Positions 15,847 through 25,519 of a stretch of 64,000 bases of DNA are shown piece after piece. How positions within the stretch are numbered: position 1 is the first letter of the stretch; each line of letters opens with the position of its first letter. The notes under the pieces are model-generated. The model was not told the DNA's origin and made no database searches. It was given only the letters and a program-made list of their open reading frames with translations. Source of the DNA: Alkalispirochaeta sp. (lineage in GTDB: Bacteria > Spirochaetota > Spirochaetia > DSM-27196 > Alkalispirochaetaceae); NCBI GenBank assembly GCA_965601925.1, contig OZ271854.1, positions 3,648,001-3,712,000 of the forward strand, read 5' to 3'. The translations under genes were made by a program, and so were the position numbers.

Positions 15847-16866
15847 ATGGGAGCGGATATGGGAACATCATCGATCGACAACTCGGTTGGGGCAAAGAAA
15901 GAGTCTCATAGACGCAAAGGGCAAGAACGCGATCCGTATCTTGACGGTGATTCAGATCCCCTTGCGTTTTATCTGAAACAAATCTCCAGTTATCCACTCC
16001 TCAAAGTGGAACAAGAACAGGCGATCGGTCAGCGTATCCAAGAGTTGCGCAACGGCCTTGCCAAACTGCGACGCGAGCTTGAGAGCGCGAGCGACGATCC
16101 TCGTCCCGACATCCATAGTGCAATCCGCTCCTCTGAGGACGAGTTACGCCACTTCAAGTCGCGTATGATCAACTCCAACTTACGTCTGGTCGTCTCAATC
16201 GCCAAGAAGTATCAACACCGTGGATTGTCGTTGCTCGATTTGATCGACGAGGGAAACATCGGACTGATCGAAGCGGTGGAGCGATTCGACTATACCAAAG
16301 GGTGTCGTTTTTCGACGTATGGTACGTGGTGGATCAGACAAGCGATCATTAAGAGTTTAGCCGACAAGGGGCGCTTGATTCGCATTCCCGTACACATGCT
16401 CAATACTATCAAGAAGTGCTTTTACGTCGCGAAGTATCTTACGCAGGAGTTGGGACGCGATCCTGGAAATACCGAAGTCTCGGAGTACATGAATATCTCC
16501 GCCGACCGCGTGGAAGAGATTCAACGTCTCTCGCAGGATACGACTTCGCTGGATGTGCCGCTCGACGACGATAGTTTTACGCGATTGTCGGATGTCATCG
16601 AGGATGAGAATCAACGCCAACCGTTTGATCTGGTCTTTCACCTGACCCTGCAAGATACGCTCGAAGAGGTGCTTGCGCAGCTGAACGAACGGGAAATGCG
16701 TATCATCAAGTTACGCTTCGGTCTGGGAGGCGAGGGGCCTTACACGCTCGAAGAGACGGGCCGTTTCTTGGGCATAACGCGCGAGCGGGTTCGACAGATT
16801 CAAGAGAAGGCGCTGGCGAAGCTTCGCGAAAACGTTATTATCCAAGATTTCCGTGACCAATATTGA
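15847..16866 (+). CDS. RNA polymerase sigma-70 family factor (group 2, RpoS-like)
   Basis: NLRLVVSIAKKY, DLIDEGNIGL, FSTYGTWWIRQ, TRERVRQIQ; no region 1.1. Confidence 0.92.
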   Translation: MGADMGTSSIDNSVGAKKESHRRKGQERDPYLDGDSDPLAFYLKQISSYPLLKVEQEQAIGQRIQELRNGLAKLRRELESASDDPRPDIHSAIRSSEDELRHFKSRMINSNLRLVVSIAKKYQHRGLSLLDLIDEGNIGLIEAVERFDYTKGCRFSTYGTWWIRQAIIKSLADKGRLIRIPVHMLNTIKKCFYVAKYLTQELGRDPGNTEVSEYMNISADRVEEIQRLSQDTTSLDVPLDDDSFTRLSDVIEDENQRQPFDLVFHLTLQDTLEEVLAQLNEREMRIIKLRFGLGGEGPYTLEETGRFLGITRERVRQIQEKALAKLRENVIIQDFRDQY

Positions 16867-17491
16867 CGAGGAGTCGCCGGTACGTACCGGCGGCGGAGAC
16901 GACGGTCGAAGCAGTCTGATAGACGGCGCGCGACGCTACAAAGATGATGTCGCATTTGACGCGTTGGGTACCCTTGATGAGGCGCAAGTCGCCCTTGGTG
17001 TCTGCAGGAGTCTCATCTCGGTTCGGAGCATTCGGTTCGGAGCGAAACGAAAAGGCAACGATGAACACGCCGCCGATCTCCCGAATCGCCACGCAAAACG
17101 CCTCTCAGCCGACCTTCGGTGGATTCAACAACGGTTGCTCATCGCCGGAGGAGTGCTGGCTTCTACGCCGTCACACCCCCCGGTCGAGGGAATGGACACG
17201 CTCGGCGAGCTCGATCTCGAGCGCCTGGCGGAGATTTTCGACCATTGGCGCGGCGTCGTACATATTCCGCCGCGTTTTTTTATCGCTGGGGATACGCGTA
17301 TCGGCGCGGAGTTCGACCGCGCACGAACGATCGTACGCCGCGCCGAGCGCGCCGTAGTGCGTCTGGTGCGCGAGCGAGGGTTACCCGAACAGGCAACGGT
17401 ATCGCGGTTTCTCAACCACCTGAGCGATCTCGCCTTCGTCCTGGCTCGATGGGCGGATTCAGTGGATGGAGCCGCTCGCCGCGACGCGTAA
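16853..17491 (+). CDS. ATP:cob(I)alamin adenosyltransferase (PduO type)
   Basis: TGGGDDGRS, GTLDE, RTIVRRAER, FLNHLSD. Confidence 0.88.
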   Translation: MTNIDEESPVRTGGGDDGRSSLIDGARRYKDDVAFDALGTLDEAQVALGVCRSLISVRSIRFGAKRKGNDEHAADLPNRHAKRLSADLRWIQQRLLIAGGVLASTPSHPPVEGMDTLGELDLERLAEIFDHWRGVVHIPPRFFIAGDTRIGAEFDRARTIVRRAERAVVRLVRERGLPEQATVSRFLNHLSDLAFVLARWADSVDGAARRDA

Positions 17492-17499
17492 CGCTCCGC

Positions 17500-18009
17500 C
17501 TACGGTCCGTGCATTCGCATACCGTCTGAGAAATGGATATCCCACTCTACCATACGGTCTCCGTCGAACGACATGAGCGCCTCGACCGATCGCCCCTCCA
17601 GTACGTGGGGTAGCCACCACCGGTCGTCCTCCCACATCTCGTCAAAGGGAATCTCGTGTTCCGATACCCAAAACGGATCAGCTTCATCGGTCTCGGTAAG
17701 GCGTCCGGACCACCGCCGCGCAATGAATAGATGTACCTCGAGGCGATATCCGTCGGCGAAGGCGAATCGGAGTGTACCTCGGTGGTCGGGGTCACGGGGA
17801 GTGAGACCTACCTCTTCGGCCGTCTCCCGTACGGCGGCCTCACGCATCGTCTCACCCGGTTCTACCTTCCCCCCGGGGGCGTTGATTTTGCCCGCTCCCA
17901 GACCGCGTTTTTTTCGCATGAGCAGTATGCGACCGTTCCCTCGGAGAAAGCACAGCACCGCGTGGTCGTCCGGATTGTAGTCGCTCCAGCGTTCAGATGG
18001 GTTGTTCAT
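17500..18009 (-). CDS. NUDIX hydrolase (MutT/8-oxo-dGTPase-like)
   Basis: GGKVEPGE...AAVRETAEEVG Nudix box; MWEDDRWW. Confidence 0.9.
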   Translation of the reverse strand: MNNPSERWSDYNPDDHAVLCFLRGNGRILLMRKKRGLGAGKINAPGGKVEPGETMREAAVRETAEEVGLTPRDPDHRGTLRFAFADGYRLEVHLFIARRWSGRLTETDEADPFWVSEHEIPFDEMWEDDRWWLPHVLEGRSVEALMSFDGDRMVEWDIHFSDGMRMHGP

Positions 18010-18100
18010 GGAAGGATCAACTTATCATTGCGCCTTTATCGTCGCAAATGGTACCATTGCGATGAAAAATAAAATCTCCAAATATAAGGATGATGAGATA

Positions 18101-20263
18101 ATGCTTGGATTTGTCGCAGTTGCAGTCGTCGCCGCGTTGAGCTTCGCCGCCGTCAATTTCTACGCCGTCAAGCGGCTCGATACCGGCACGGCACTAATGG
18201 GTGAGCTCGCGGGGGCCATCCAGGAGGGGGCGGATGCGTTCATCCGTCACGAATACAAGATCATCTTTTCGATCGCCGTATTTATTATGGCGATTCTGAT
18301 GGTGATCGTCTCGTGGTACACCGGCGCAGCCTTTATTCTCGGCGCCGCGATGAGCGCGTCGGCCGGTTGGATCGGAATGAAGATCGCGACGATTGCCAAC
18401 GTGCGCGTCTCCAATCGTGCGCGCGAGACCTTCAACGTCGGCGCGACGCTGAAAGTGGCGTTCCAGGGCGGAAGCGTCATGGGGCTCAGCGTCGCCGGTT
18501 TCTCCGTGTTGGGGCTGGGAATCATTTATGTAGTGTTCGGCATGGTGCTCGGCCAGGCGCGGCCCGATAATCTGGTGATCGTCACCAACTGGATCGGCGT
18601 CAACTTCATACCGTTTACCATGACCGTGTCGGGCTACGCTCTCGGTTGTTCGGTCATCGCGATGTTCGACCGCGTCGGCGGGGGCATCTACACGAAGGCC
18701 GCGGACATGGGCGCCGATTTGGTCGGAAAGACCGAGGCGCATATTCCCGAGGACGACCCGAGGAACCCCGCCACCATCGCCGATAATGTTGGCGACAATG
18801 TCGGCGACGTAGCCGGTCTCGGCGCCGACCTCCTGGAGAGTTTCGTCGGTGCCATCATCTCGAGCGTCGTCCTCGCGGCGTACATGTTCTACACCGTGCG
18901 CGACGCCGCGGCATCCATCAGCCCCGAGTTGGTAAGCAGGATGGTGAGCTATCCCCTGCTTTTCGCGTCCGTCGGTGTCATGGCGTCGATCATCGGTATC
19001 GCATCGCTCATTGTAAAGAAGGCGAGCGACAACCCTCACCGGGAGCTCAACGTCGCGACGTGGACAAGCGCCTTTTTGACACTTATCGGAACCGGAGCGG
19101 TAACGTGGTGGCATTTCTCCGGGCTCGACGTACAGAACGCCGGTTTCGCGCTCGGGCTGTTCTCTCCGTGGCTCGCCGCCGTGTTGGGCATCGTGAGCGG
19201 CATCCTCATCGGGCAACTCGCCGAGTTTTTTACCAGCTACGACTATAGCCCGACAAAAAAGATCAGCGAGGCGAGTCGACAGGGATACGCCTTGAACATT
19301 ACGCAAGGGTTGGCGGTCGGTATGAAGTCGGTCTTCTATCCGATTTTGGTACTGGCGGCGGCGGTCATCGGGGCCAATGCGATCGCCGGACTCTACGGTG
19401 TCGCCATGGCGGCGATCGGGATGCTCAGTTTCGTTGCGGCCACCGTTTCGGTCGACACCTACGGCCCGATCGCCGACAACGCCGGCGGTATCTCGGAGAT
19501 GAGTAAGCTCGACCCGCGAGTACGCGAGATCACCGACAAGCTCGACAGCGTCGGGAACACGACCGCGGCGATCGGTAAAGGTTTTGCGATCGGATCGGCC
19601 GCCTTGGCGGCGTTGAGCCTCTTTGCGAGTTATCTGTACAGCCAGGCCGATCCCGCGAGCACGCGAGGCGAGTTCGTACTGATCCTCGACATGGTCAATA
19701 CGTTGACGCTCGCCGGTGGACTCGTCGGCGCGGCGCTTCCGTTTCTCTTCTCCGGCATCCTCATCGAGGCGGTCGCCAAGGCGGCGCGGAAGATGGTCGA
19801 CGAGGTGCGACGGCAGTTCCGTGAGGATCCCAAGATCCTTACCGGAGAATCGCGACCCGACTATCGCCTCTGCATCGAGATCTCCTCGGCCGGTAGTATC
19901 AAGGAGATGAAGACTCCTGCCCTGATCGCCGTTTTGACTCCGGTGGTGAGTGGGTTCGTGTTCGGAGCCGATTTTGTCGGTGGGCTCCTCATCGGCACGA
20001 CGTTGTCGGCGATCATGCTGGCGCTGTTTACCGCCAACTCCGGCGGTGCGTGGGACAACGCCAAGAAGTTCATCGAGGAAGGACACCACGGCGGTAAGGG
20101 CTCCGAAGCGCATTCGGCAGGCGTTGTCGGCGATACGGTCGGCGATCCCCTCAAGGATACGGTCGGTCCGTCGCTCGACATTCTCATCAAGATCATGGCC
20201 GTCGTATCGCTCATTACGGTGTCGATTTTCCAGCGGTACAACCTCTTGGATTTACTGTTCTAA
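18101..20263 (+). CDS. hppA: Membrane-integral ion-translocating pyrophosphatase, K+-dependent type
   Basis: GGGIYTKAADMGADLVGK, DNVGDNVGD, GNTTAAIGKGF, GDTVGDPLKDT; start chosen by SD. Confidence 0.95.
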   Translation: MLGFVAVAVVAALSFAAVNFYAVKRLDTGTALMGELAGAIQEGADAFIRHEYKIIFSIAVFIMAILMVIVSWYTGAAFILGAAMSASAGWIGMKIATIANVRVSNRARETFNVGATLKVAFQGGSVMGLSVAGFSVLGLGIIYVVFGMVLGQARPDNLVIVTNWIGVNFIPFTMTVSGYALGCSVIAMFDRVGGGIYTKAADMGADLVGKTEAHIPEDDPRNPATIADNVGDNVGDVAGLGADLLESFVGAIISSVVLAAYMFYTVRDAAASISPELVSRMVSYPLLFASVGVMASIIGIASLIVKKASDNPHRELNVATWTSAFLTLIGTGAVTWWHFSGLDVQNAGFALGLFSPWLAAVLGIVSGILIGQLAEFFTSYDYSPTKKISEASRQGYALNITQGLAVGMKSVFYPILVLAAAVIGANAIAGLYGVAMAAIGMLSFVAATVSVDTYGPIADNAGGISEMSKLDPRVREITDKLDSVGNTTAAIGKGFAIGSAALAALSLFASYLYSQADPASTRGEFVLILDMVNTLTLAGGLVGAALPFLFSGILIEAVAKAARKMVDEVRRQFREDPKILTGESRPDYRLCIEISSAGSIKEMKTPALIAVLTPVVSGFVFGADFVGGLLIGTTLSAIMLALFTANSGGAWDNAKKFIEEGHHGGKGSEAHSAGVVGDTVGDPLKDTVGPSLDILIKIMAVVSLITVSIFQRYNLLDLLF

Positions 20264-20291
20264 AGGAGGAGCGAATCGCACGCGATTCGTT

Positions 20292-20318
20292 CGACGCTCC
20301 CCGTCACGGGGAGCGTCG
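20292..20318. terminator. GC-rich hairpin downstream of hppA
   Basis: CGACGCTCCCCG-tca-CGGGGAGCGTCG 12-bp stem; no U-tract. Confidence 0.5.
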
Positions 20319-20400
20319 CGCTACCCAATCCGAAGGGCATGAAAAACTCACCGACGACGCTCCTCGTGCCGAGGAGATCATCGTCGAGATATACGCTCGC

Positions 20401-20613
20401 ATGCAGGACGTACGCCAAGCGGGACGCCGCGTCACCGCCGTTGTGATGCCCGCGCACCTCTATCACATTGTCCAGGACTACCGTAACCGATTGGGGACGG
20501 TCCCCGACGGATTGCCGGACTATCTGGGACGATATGATCTCTTCGGGATTCCGATATATACTGATATCGGTGAGACTATTACTATCAAGTCGGCTCCGCG
20601 GACGATTTCCTAA
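20401..20613 (+). CDS. Small hypothetical protein
   Basis: Protein-like composition; the frame is open upstream, so the true start is uncertain. Confidence 0.5.
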   Translation: MQDVRQAGRRVTAVVMPAHLYHIVQDYRNRLGTVPDGLPDYLGRYDLFGIPIYTDIGETITIKSAPRTIS

Positions 20614-22354
20614 ACGCTTCGCCGAAAGGCGCCGGTTGTGCGTGGTGTTTTTGTGCGTCGCCGCCGCGGTCGGGGCTCAACAGACCGGTGCCGGTTTGCG
20701 CGCCGAACGCATCGCGGTCCTCCCGTTCGTTAACGCGTCGCGGAATGCCCAGTGGGATGAACTCGCATCGTCTCTCTCCGCGACGATGCAATTGACGCTG
20801 GTGCTGAGCGGTCAATTCGACGTCGTCGTATACGAAGGTGAGCCGTTTGACGCGTATACACCTCAGGGATCGCGTGAGGTGGCTCGCTTTGCCGCGGCGC
20901 AACGCCTCGACGCCGTCGTGATCGGGCGGATTCAGGCGACCGACGACGAACGCATCGCGATCGAGGCCTCCGTATGGGGAGCCGAGGCGGGCGGAATCGT
21001 CGGGACTGAGCGTCGAGAGGCGTTTGGCTCGTTCGACGTGTTGGAGGCCGCGGACGAGCTTGTCGTTCTCGCCGGCTCTGCGATCCTCGGATATCGCATC
21101 GATTTCGGAGCGGTGCTACTGCGACCGTCGGAGACGACCGTGCCGTATCGCGTCTATCTCGACGGACTATTCATCGGGGAATCGATACGCTCGATTCCCC
21201 AAGTGCTGAGTGGAAGACGAAATGTTCGGGTCACCATCGTCGGAATAGACGGAGAGCAGCCGGTCTACTCCGCCGAGCGGCTTATTCGCGCGGGGGAGGC
21301 CCTTGAGGTCGTATTCGGATTGCCTCGTATGGCGTCGGGCGATAGGGAACGTATTGCCAGGCAGCATCGCATCGCCTCAGACCTTCTGGGACAGCCCGAC
21401 CGATACGCGATCGCCGCCGAGGCGCTTCGAGAGAGCCGAGAGTTGCTGTCCGGTAACGCCATGAGCGCCGGTGAGTCGCTTCGGAATGAGCAGGAACGCC
21501 TCGAGGCCATTTGGACGTTGGATGAGGCGTTCAGTGCGCTGTCTCCCCGCGACTTCTCCACAGGCGGTGCCTACCGCATCGGATCGCCCTTCGGCTTTCT
21601 CGACGAGACTCGGCTCGTAGCGAGGGGGCCCGCCGCCGGTATGCCGGGCGTAGGTGAACGGATCTACCGCAACGGTGCGGCGCAGTTTCATCTACTGCGC
21701 CTGCGGTGGGCAGATGCGCTCGGTCGTTCGGCGTGGGATGAGGCGCGACATATCGCCGACGACATGGAGGCGATCGTCGACGCATTCGATCTCGATCTCC
21801 GCGGCGTCCTCGAGCGCGATCGGAACGCTCTCGCCGCCGCTTTTGAAGAGGCCGACGCGGCGCGCAGCGGCCTGCGCAATCCGTTGCCGTACCTTGGCCT
21901 CGCGATGGGTCTGGTGAGCGGAGGGGTAGGCACGTATTCGGCGACGGTCGATACGGTTACCGGTATCGACCACGAGGCGGAGTGGGCGATTACCGTAGGC
22001 GGGCTCGTCTCCCTCATCTCAACCACATTTATCATTCGCGATCTGCAAGCCGACGAACGATATCTTAGGGGTTGGGCGCGCGAGCGCTACGGACGCGAGA
22101 TCGCCGTGGCCGACGTTATTCTGAACCTCGGTAGCGATTCGTCCGGCCGGTCGATCGAGGGTGAGCGTGCGGCCACCGTCGTGATCCTGGGGCCGCCCGA
22201 GGTCGTCGTAGATATCGACGGCAATCCGACGCTTCTACCGGCCGTCGTGGATCGCCGGCCGGGATTCCCTTTGGTCGTCGGTCGCCCGGCGGCGGTGGAG
22301 GCCGAACGGACGCGTCTGTACGATACCGGATTCTCGTTAACGGTCCTCCGGTAG
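20468..22354 (+). CDS. Secreted/membrane hypothetical protein (CsgG/FlgO-like N-terminus, PEGA-like segment)
   Basis: RIAVLPFVN motif after a signal-like stretch; two C-terminal TMs; true start probably ~20570-20642. Confidence 0.6.
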   Translation: MSRTTVTDWGRSPTDCRTIWDDMISSGFRYILISVRLLLSSRLRGRFPKRFAERRRLCVVFLCVAAAVGAQQTGAGLRAERIAVLPFVNASRNAQWDELASSLSATMQLTLVLSGQFDVVVYEGEPFDAYTPQGSREVARFAAAQRLDAVVIGRIQATDDERIAIEASVWGAEAGGIVGTERREAFGSFDVLEAADELVVLAGSAILGYRIDFGAVLLRPSETTVPYRVYLDGLFIGESIRSIPQVLSGRRNVRVTIVGIDGEQPVYSAERLIRAGEALEVVFGLPRMASGDRERIARQHRIASDLLGQPDRYAIAAEALRESRELLSGNAMSAGESLRNEQERLEAIWTLDEAFSALSPRDFSTGGAYRIGSPFGFLDETRLVARGPAAGMPGVGERIYRNGAAQFHLLRLRWADALGRSAWDEARHIADDMEAIVDAFDLDLRGVLERDRNALAAAFEEADAARSGLRNPLPYLGLAMGLVSGGVGTYSATVDTVTGIDHEAEWAITVGGLVSLISTTFIIRDLQADERYLRGWARERYGREIAVADVILNLGSDSSGRSIEGERAATVVILGPPEVVVDIDGNPTLLPAVVDRRPGFPLVVGRPAAVEAERTRLYDTGFSLTVLR

Positions 22355-22411
22355 GGGACGAGCCGTGATGCGTGTTTCGCGCGGACACGATTCGCGAACG
22401 ATTCGCGCGGC

Positions 22412-22440
22412 TTGACATAGGCGGCATCGTCGGCTATGGT
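22412..22440 (+). promoter_or_regulatory. sigma70 promoter of tRNA-Gly
   Basis: TTGACA-17-TATGGT. Confidence 0.75.
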
Positions 22441-22452
22441 AAGCGTCCTTTC

Positions 22453-22524
<72 letters not shown>

Positions 22525-22527
22525 TTC

Positions 22528-22558
22528 TTCTAAGTCCTTCCTGCAGAGGGACTTAGAA
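22528..22558. terminator. Hairpin/terminator after tRNA-Gly
   Basis: TTCTAAGTCC...GGACTTAGAA inverted repeat. Confidence 0.65.
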
Positions 22559-22683
22559 ACTCTCCGATCGGAGGGGTGCAGGGGCATGAGTACGCTACCG
22601 TGTCGTTACTGTGTAACGAAGGAGGCCTCATACTCGTGCGACCTTTCTTGTCGCGCCTTGAACGGTTCATCGCCTTAGAGCGT

Positions 22684-23676
22684 TCACCGTCCCTTTTCAC
22701 CGATTTGAATGAGCTTTCGAAAGAGACGGTGTCGCGTCTGTTCGTCCATGGGGCCGAAGTGTACGTGCAGTACTTTGCCGCGCCGCGAAGTTCTGAGCAC
22801 CAGTCCCGGCACGATAATGGGCGCCGCGCTCCCCGCGTCGATCACGCAGTCGATGTTCGTGCCAACGGCGATTCTCTTGCGGGGATTTTTCAGCGCTCCG
22901 CCACCGATGCTGAGGTCGTAGGTGCGCGATACTAAGGGTTTCTGCGCAATGCCGGGAATGGTGATCTCCACAGCTCGCTCGACCTTCCGGCGCCGATAGC
23001 GGCGTCGCTGTACATGTCCGACGTGGTTGGAGTGCTTCAGAAGCACCCGTTTCCCCTCCTTGGACAATACCTGGGAGTGAAATCGGTACATCCCTTCCGC
23101 ATTGTGGCACACAACTTCTACCGCCGAGCCGACCGAGATAGCGCGATGTCCCTTTTCGAGTACGACCCGGAGTCCCCGCTCATCGCTTAAGAGGACCTCT
23201 CCGGTCGCAATGGCGAGATTGCGGTCCGATATCGATATCTCGGAATGGGTCGATATGTGCTGACTCGTCTTGTCGAAGGCGTTTAAGACGTCACCGCTGA
23301 CTTCCAGACGGCGCAGAAGTTGGATGACCTCCGGTTCTTGCACGATCCCCTCGCGAAGTCCTTTGCGCGCGGCGCGAATCAACAGACGCTCGTCGTCTCG
23401 GAGTCGATCGGATCGTGCGGGGTCCTTGAGGAACCACGCTAAATGGTCTAACGTACGTTGCTCCCGCATCGAGAGCGCGATCATGTCGCGCCGGGCGCGA
23501 TTGTAGGACCTAAGAATCGGCGTCTTGGACGGTGAGCTCTTGCGTCGTTTCTTTTGCGATCCGGCGCGATGAATCTGGTAGGCCACGAGTAAGACAAACA
23601 CGATGCCGACGACGATCAGAAATAGTATCGTCTCGGTCTGAGAAGTTTGAAAACCGCGGCTGAAATCGGTCGGCAT
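22684..23676 (-). CDS. PilZ-domain flagellar-brake-like protein
   Basis: N-terminal TM; QRRRYRR and DLSIGG c-di-GMP-binding motifs; start at MPTDFS. Confidence 0.85.
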   Translation of the reverse strand: MPTDFSRGFQTSQTETILFLIVVGIVFVLLVAYQIHRAGSQKKRRKSSPSKTPILRSYNRARRDMIALSMREQRTLDHLAWFLKDPARSDRLRDDERLLIRAARKGLREGIVQEPEVIQLLRRLEVSGDVLNAFDKTSQHISTHSEISISDRNLAIATGEVLLSDERGLRVVLEKGHRAISVGSAVEVVCHNAEGMYRFHSQVLSKEGKRVLLKHSNHVGHVQRRRYRRRKVERAVEITIPGIAQKPLVSRTYDLSIGGGALKNPRKRIAVGTNIDCVIDAGSAAPIIVPGLVLRTSRRGKVLHVHFGPMDEQTRHRLFRKLIQIGEKGR

Positions 23677-23715
23677 GGTTCCCTCGAGGTGGAATTTTAG
23701 AGTGATAATCCTGCG

Positions 23716-24447
23716 TTGTCTACATATGAGATGGTAAAGTCGATGAAAATGCCCATTACCGAGTCGATCGTGAACGGCGTCATTCGCCTGTTGATTCGCC
23801 TGTTTTGTCGAATTGAGGACCGAGAGCTTGAGAAAATTCCCGTGGATGGTCCGGCGATTTTGGCTACCAACCACACGACGAACTTCGAAGGGCCGATCTA
23901 CTACGTGCTGCTGAGAGGATCGCGAGACTTGACCGCCCTGGCCAAGCGTGAATTGTGGAGTAACCTGCTTACGCGGTTCGTGATGCAGGTCTGGGGCATC
24001 ATCCCGCTCAATCGTCGCGGCCCCGATCGCCGCGCCATGCATCTCGCGCGCACCGTGCTTTCCCGAGGGCACTTTCTCGGGATCGCCCCCGAGGGTACGC
24101 GCAGTTCGTCCGGTGAGCTTCAGCGCGGGCGCGCCGGAGCGGCGATGATCGCCACGGCGGCGCGGGTACCCATCATTCCGATGGTACAGTGGGGTATTCA
24201 GGACCTGAGGTCCAATCTGAGTCGTTTTCGGCGTACGCCGTTGCACTTTCGAGTCGGGGTGCCCTTCTATCTGAGCATCGCTGAGGGTGATGCACCGACC
24301 ACGAGTCAGCTACGCGCAATGGCCGACGAGATCATGTATCAATTGGCCGTACTGCTCCCGGAGCGGCTGCGAGGGTATTACCGAAACCTATCGAACATGA
24401 CGACGCACTACGTCCGGCCCATTCACGATGAGGTCACCGATCCGTGA
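23716..24447 (+). CDS. plsC: 1-acyl-sn-glycerol-3-phosphate acyltransferase family
   Basis: NHTTNFE, LAKREL, IAPEGTRS, VPIIP; start uncertain. Confidence 0.85.
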   Translation: MSTYEMVKSMKMPITESIVNGVIRLLIRLFCRIEDRELEKIPVDGPAILATNHTTNFEGPIYYVLLRGSRDLTALAKRELWSNLLTRFVMQVWGIIPLNRRGPDRRAMHLARTVLSRGHFLGIAPEGTRSSSGELQRGRAGAAMIATAARVPIIPMVQWGIQDLRSNLSRFRRTPLHFRVGVPFYLSIAEGDAPTTSQLRAMADEIMYQLAVLLPERLRGYYRNLSNMTTHYVRPIHDEVTDP

Positions 24448-24560
24448 GTCGAGAGCGCCGCGGCAACGGCAAATACGAGATCGCGTCGCGTCGGATCAGA
24501 CGCGCGGGTGCTGCGTAAGAGGCACAATTCACGAACTATGCATGATAAGGAGTCTACAAT

Positions 24561-24869
24561 ATGGGAGTACGGGGTGAACTATTCTCGGCCCGTGTGCGCA
24601 GCAAAAACGACCGGCGCACCTATTTTTTTAACGTCAAAGAGAATCGAAACCACGACGTGTTCGTGACCATCGTCGAGAGCAAGAAGCAAGAGGGCGCCGA
24701 GACGTTCGACCGCCATCAAGTCGTCGTATTCGAGGAGGATCTCTCCCTCTTTCGCAAGGGGCTGGAGACCGTCTTAGAGTTTTTGCACGAACGCGAACGC
24801 GCCGGTGGGGGCAGGACCGACGACGGTCCGCATCGAGGTCGAGAGCGGGGTCGTCGCGAGGAACGCTAA
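24561..24869 (+). CDS. DUF3276 / PUR-domain nucleic-acid-binding protein (BpuR-like)
   Basis: GELFS...RTYFFNVKEN...IVESKK; SD AAGGAG. Confidence 0.85.
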   Translation: MGVRGELFSARVRSKNDRRTYFFNVKENRNHDVFVTIVESKKQEGAETFDRHQVVVFEEDLSLFRKGLETVLEFLHERERAGGGRTDDGPHRGRERGRREER

Positions 24870-25477
24870 TGTAGGCCGGAGGCCGAGGAGACGACGCCTT
24901 TGAAGGTCATACGGTGAATCGGTGACGGTCCGTGGGCGAGAAGTGCCGCTTTATGGGCCCGCGTAGGGTAGCCCTTGTGTCGGTCAAAGCCGTACCGCGA
25001 ATCTTTGCGTGCGTAGTCGACCATCCAGCGATCCCGGCGCACTTTTGCGACGATGCTGGCCGCCATGATCTGGGGGACGATGTGATCGCCGCCGATGATC
25101 GGCTCGCACGGAAGGGCGAGTCGGGGAGCAAACTTACCGTCCACAACGACGTGCGTCGCCTTCAGGACGATCCCCGGCAGAGCGTGCAGCGCATCAAGGG
25201 CGCGCTCCATTGCCAGGAGGCTGGCGCGGTGGATGTTTATGCGATCGATCTCTTCGGGCCATACCCATCCGAGTCCGATCGCGGCGTCCGACTCCGTCAG
25301 GAGTCCCTCCGCGACCTCGCGCCGGTGCGGTGAGAGCGATTTCGAGTCGGCAAGGATCGACACGTCGAAGTCCGCCGGCAGTACGACCGCCGAGGCGGTA
25401 ACGGGACCCGCCAAGGGCCCCCGCCCGACCTCGTCGATGCCGCATAGGCCCGCGTCGCGAGACTTGGGTCTTATCAT
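24866..25477 (-). CDS. rnhB: Ribonuclease HII
   Basis: GIDEVGRGPLAGPV, DSK, AASIVAKVRRD, HKGYPT. Confidence 0.96.
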   Translation of the reverse strand: MIRPKSRDAGLCGIDEVGRGPLAGPVTASAVVLPADFDVSILADSKSLSPHRREVAEGLLTESDAAIGLGWVWPEEIDRINIHRASLLAMERALDALHALPGIVLKATHVVVDGKFAPRLALPCEPIIGGDHIVPQIMAASIVAKVRRDRWMVDYARKDSRYGFDRHKGYPTRAHKAALLAHGPSPIHRMTFKGVVSSASGLH

Positions 25478-25519
25478 GTTTGTGCGTTATACTACGCGGA
25501 CTGTACTCTGGGAGCAAGA

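Noticed and set aside
18194..20113. 639-aa antisense ORF within hppA, and similar long shadow ORFs over cheA, smc and lepA
   Set aside because: These are typical stop-poor antisense frames of GC-rich genes, with no motifs or SD, unlike the nested MTase frame.
23677..24246. N-terminal extension of the PilZ ORF
   Set aside because: It is antisense to the acyltransferase gene; the start at 23676 fits the TM-first architecture.
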